Origin: Dehalococcoidia bacterium
GTDB lineage: Bacteria > Chloroflexota > Dehalococcoidia > Lucifugimonadales > Australimonadaceae
Reading direction: 5' to 3'
Assembly: GCA_022820645.1 (NCBI GenBank)
Contig: JAJEFD010000002.1
Coordinates: forward strand, 327,796 to 391,795
DNA length: 64,000 nucleotides
Under the pieces are notes generated by a model that was given only the letters and a program-made list of their open reading frames with translations, did not search any database and had not been told where the DNA came from. Positions 62,495 to 64,000 of this stretch are shown one piece after another. Numbering within the stretch: position 1 is the first letter of the stretch; each line of letters opens with the position of its first letter. The position numbers and the translations under genes are program-made.

Positions 62495-62869
62495 ATGGCC
62501 CTCTCGCGCACGAAAGCGCTCGACTACGCGGAGCGCCTCATCAACCGCCCTCGCGGCGAGACCCCGGTCACGATCAAGCGCAACAAGAACGGCTATACCC
62601 TGCTCTATAACCGCCGCGCGCTCACCAAGACGCACGCCTCCGGCGTCGGCGCGCTGCAGGCGCAGGCGATGGCCCTCGCGCTCGGCGTCGACCTGCCGCA
62701 AGAGATCGGCGGCGAGGTGAGCGCGAAGGTCGGCTCCGGCGTTCTCTACCGCGCCATCGGCGCGTCGTCGCTGGACCTGCGCCGCCCCGAGGCACAGGTT
62801 GTCCTGGAGCAACTCCTCGCCACCGCCGCCCTGCAGCGCGGCGTCTTCCGCACGCTGGAGATCGGGTAG
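62495..62869 (+). CDS. Hypothetical protein, 124 aa
   Basis: Starts 3 nt after the permease stop. No motif recognised. Confidence 0.4.
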   Translation: MALSRTKALDYAERLINRPRGETPVTIKRNKNGYTLLYNRRALTKTHASGVGALQAQAMALALGVDLPQEIGGEVSAKVGSGVLYRAIGASSLDLRRPEAQVVLEQLLATAALQRGVFRTLEIG

Positions 62870-62932
62870 CGCCGCGCGGCACAGCGCTGTCTGGGGTATC
62901 ATCGCCGCACCCTGCCCGTGCGGAGGCCCGCC

Positions 62933-63985
62933 ATGTCCAACCTCGAACTCTCGTTCGCCATCACCGCCTACGACCGCGTCATGCCCATGATCAGCGGCGA
63001 GGTGAAGCCGGACGGCATCACGCTCGACTACCAGGGGATGCCCGGCGCGGTGCCGCGCGTCTTCTACGAGCAGATCAAGTACCACCGCTACGACGTCTCC
63101 GAGATGTCGATGTCGTCGTACCTGCGGATGCGTCCGCTCGGTTTCCCGTACCGGATGCTGCCCGTGTTCCACAACCGCACCTTCTCCTACACCAACGTCT
63201 ACATCCGCAAGGCGTCCGGCATCCGGCAGGACCACCCGGAGGACCTGAAGGGCAAGCGCTTCGGCATCGGCGACTACCAGCAGTCCGTCGGCCTCTGGAC
63301 GCGCGGCATCCTGAAACTGGAGTGGGGCGTCGAGCCGCAGGACATGACCTGGTTCATGGAGCGCAGCGAGCACTTCAGCCACACCGGCGCGTCGAAAGAC
63401 GCCGGACTCGGCCTGCCCGAGGACCTCGACCTGCGCCACGCGACCACCGACTTCAGCTCGATGTACCTCGACGGCGAGCTCGACGCCTCCATCGGCATCG
63501 GCTCCGCCCAGGGCTCCGGCATCGACCGCATGCAGAGCGTCAACCTCATCGACAACCCGGACTTCCCCACCCTCTTCTCCGACCCAAAGGCCGAGTCCGT
63601 CCGCTTCTTCCAGAAGCACGGGGTCTTCCCGCCCCACCACGTGACGGTCGTGCGCGAGAGCATCGTCGAGGAGCACCCCTGGGTGGCGGTGAGCCTCATG
63701 GAGGCGTTCGAGTCGTCCAAGCGGCTCGCCATCCAGCGGCTGCGCGCCATGCCCCCCACGCTCTACGTGTTCGGGCGGCAGTTCCAGCAGGAGGTCGACG
63801 GCGTGTTCGGGCCGGACCCGTTCGCCTACGGCATCACCGCGAACGCCAAGGCGTTCGACATGGCGCAGACGTTCTCCCTGGAGCAGGGGCTCAGCGCCCG
63901 CAAGCAGCCGTGGGACGAGATCTTCCCGGAGGAGGTGTTCTACCGGGAGGAGCGCGCCGCCTCGTCGTCAGGCGGGGGGCACTAG
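62933..63985 (+). CDS. PhtD-like protein (4,5-dihydroxyphthalate decarboxylase / NMT1-type periplasmic-binding fold, no signal peptide)
   Basis: CGGAGG RBS. LELSFAITAYDRVMPMISGEVKPDGITLDY...YDVSEMSMSSY layout is typical of this family. Confidence 0.55.
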   Translation: MSNLELSFAITAYDRVMPMISGEVKPDGITLDYQGMPGAVPRVFYEQIKYHRYDVSEMSMSSYLRMRPLGFPYRMLPVFHNRTFSYTNVYIRKASGIRQDHPEDLKGKRFGIGDYQQSVGLWTRGILKLEWGVEPQDMTWFMERSEHFSHTGASKDAGLGLPEDLDLRHATTDFSSMYLDGELDASIGIGSAQGSGIDRMQSVNLIDNPDFPTLFSDPKAESVRFFQKHGVFPPHHVTVVRESIVEEHPWVAVSLMEAFESSKRLAIQRLRAMPPTLYVFGRQFQQEVDGVFGPDPFAYGITANAKAFDMAQTFSLEQGLSARKQPWDEIFPEEVFYREERAASSSGGGH

Positions 63986-64000
63986 GGGCAGGCGTCAGTC

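Noticed and set aside
60737-63676. 979-aa minus-strand ORF antisense to the ABC permease and PhtD-like genes. Similar long antisense or alternate-frame ORFs occur elsewhere (for example 8420..9787, 38758..40689, 52384..54129, 3560..4645).
   Set aside because: Their composition is dominated by Arg, Gly, Ala, Asp and His runs. They have no motifs or RBS and lie opposite genes with clear family signatures. They are GC-driven open frames, not genes.

Overview
High-GC, densely coding bacterial chromosomal segment with about 60 protein genes and one tRNA. No rRNA, CRISPR array, transposase or integrase was seen. The gene content suggests an aerobic heterotroph of the Chloroflexota/SAR202 type. That guess rests on many Rieske oxygenase, amidohydrolase-2, family III CoA-transferase, class II aldolase and SDR paralogues, on Thr/Pro-rich lipoprotein linkers, and on -10 elements sitting next to start codons. 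It is inference only and cannot be verified here. Left to right the window holds: an ornithine cyclodeaminase-like gene (5' truncated by the window edge); a TctC/TctA(-TctB fusion) transporter; a 0.8-kb Phd/VapC toxin-antitoxin islet bracketed by a 23-nt duplication of the 3' end of tRNA-Met(CAT); a membrane-anchored Clp-N protein; a fumarase/aspartase-family lyase; a GyrI-like protein; an M20 peptidase; a polyprenyl synthase-yjbQ-hpnC-hpnD-hpnE squalene cluster; a 2-hydroxyacid dehydrogenase; an FGGY kinase/class II aldolase/unknown/epimerase cluster; sufBCDSU; a ybjQ/small membrane protein/mutS2 unit; a coaE-CbbQ/NorQ-like AAA+-CoA-pyrophosphatase NUDIX-1063-aa CbbO/NorD-like VWA operon; a cluster of 2 acyl-CoA dehydrogenases, 2 CoA-transferases, a DinB-like protein, an SDR, a transaminase and a metzincin-like lipoprotein; a GYD protein; amidohydrolase/Rieske/aldolase genes; a lower-GC islet with two paralogous secreted proteins; a sulfite/nitrite reductase; two divergent Rieske oxygenases, one lacking a cluster-ligand Cys; an ABC importer; and a PhtD-like protein. 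Intergenic DNA is colonised by a modular family of GC-rich hairpin (REP-like) repeats. The most notable items are the orphan AAA+/VWA pair wired into CoA genes, the tRNA-flanked TA islet, the paralogue islet, and the covarying three-hairpin repeat family. All functional calls come from reading motifs by eye. No database search was run.
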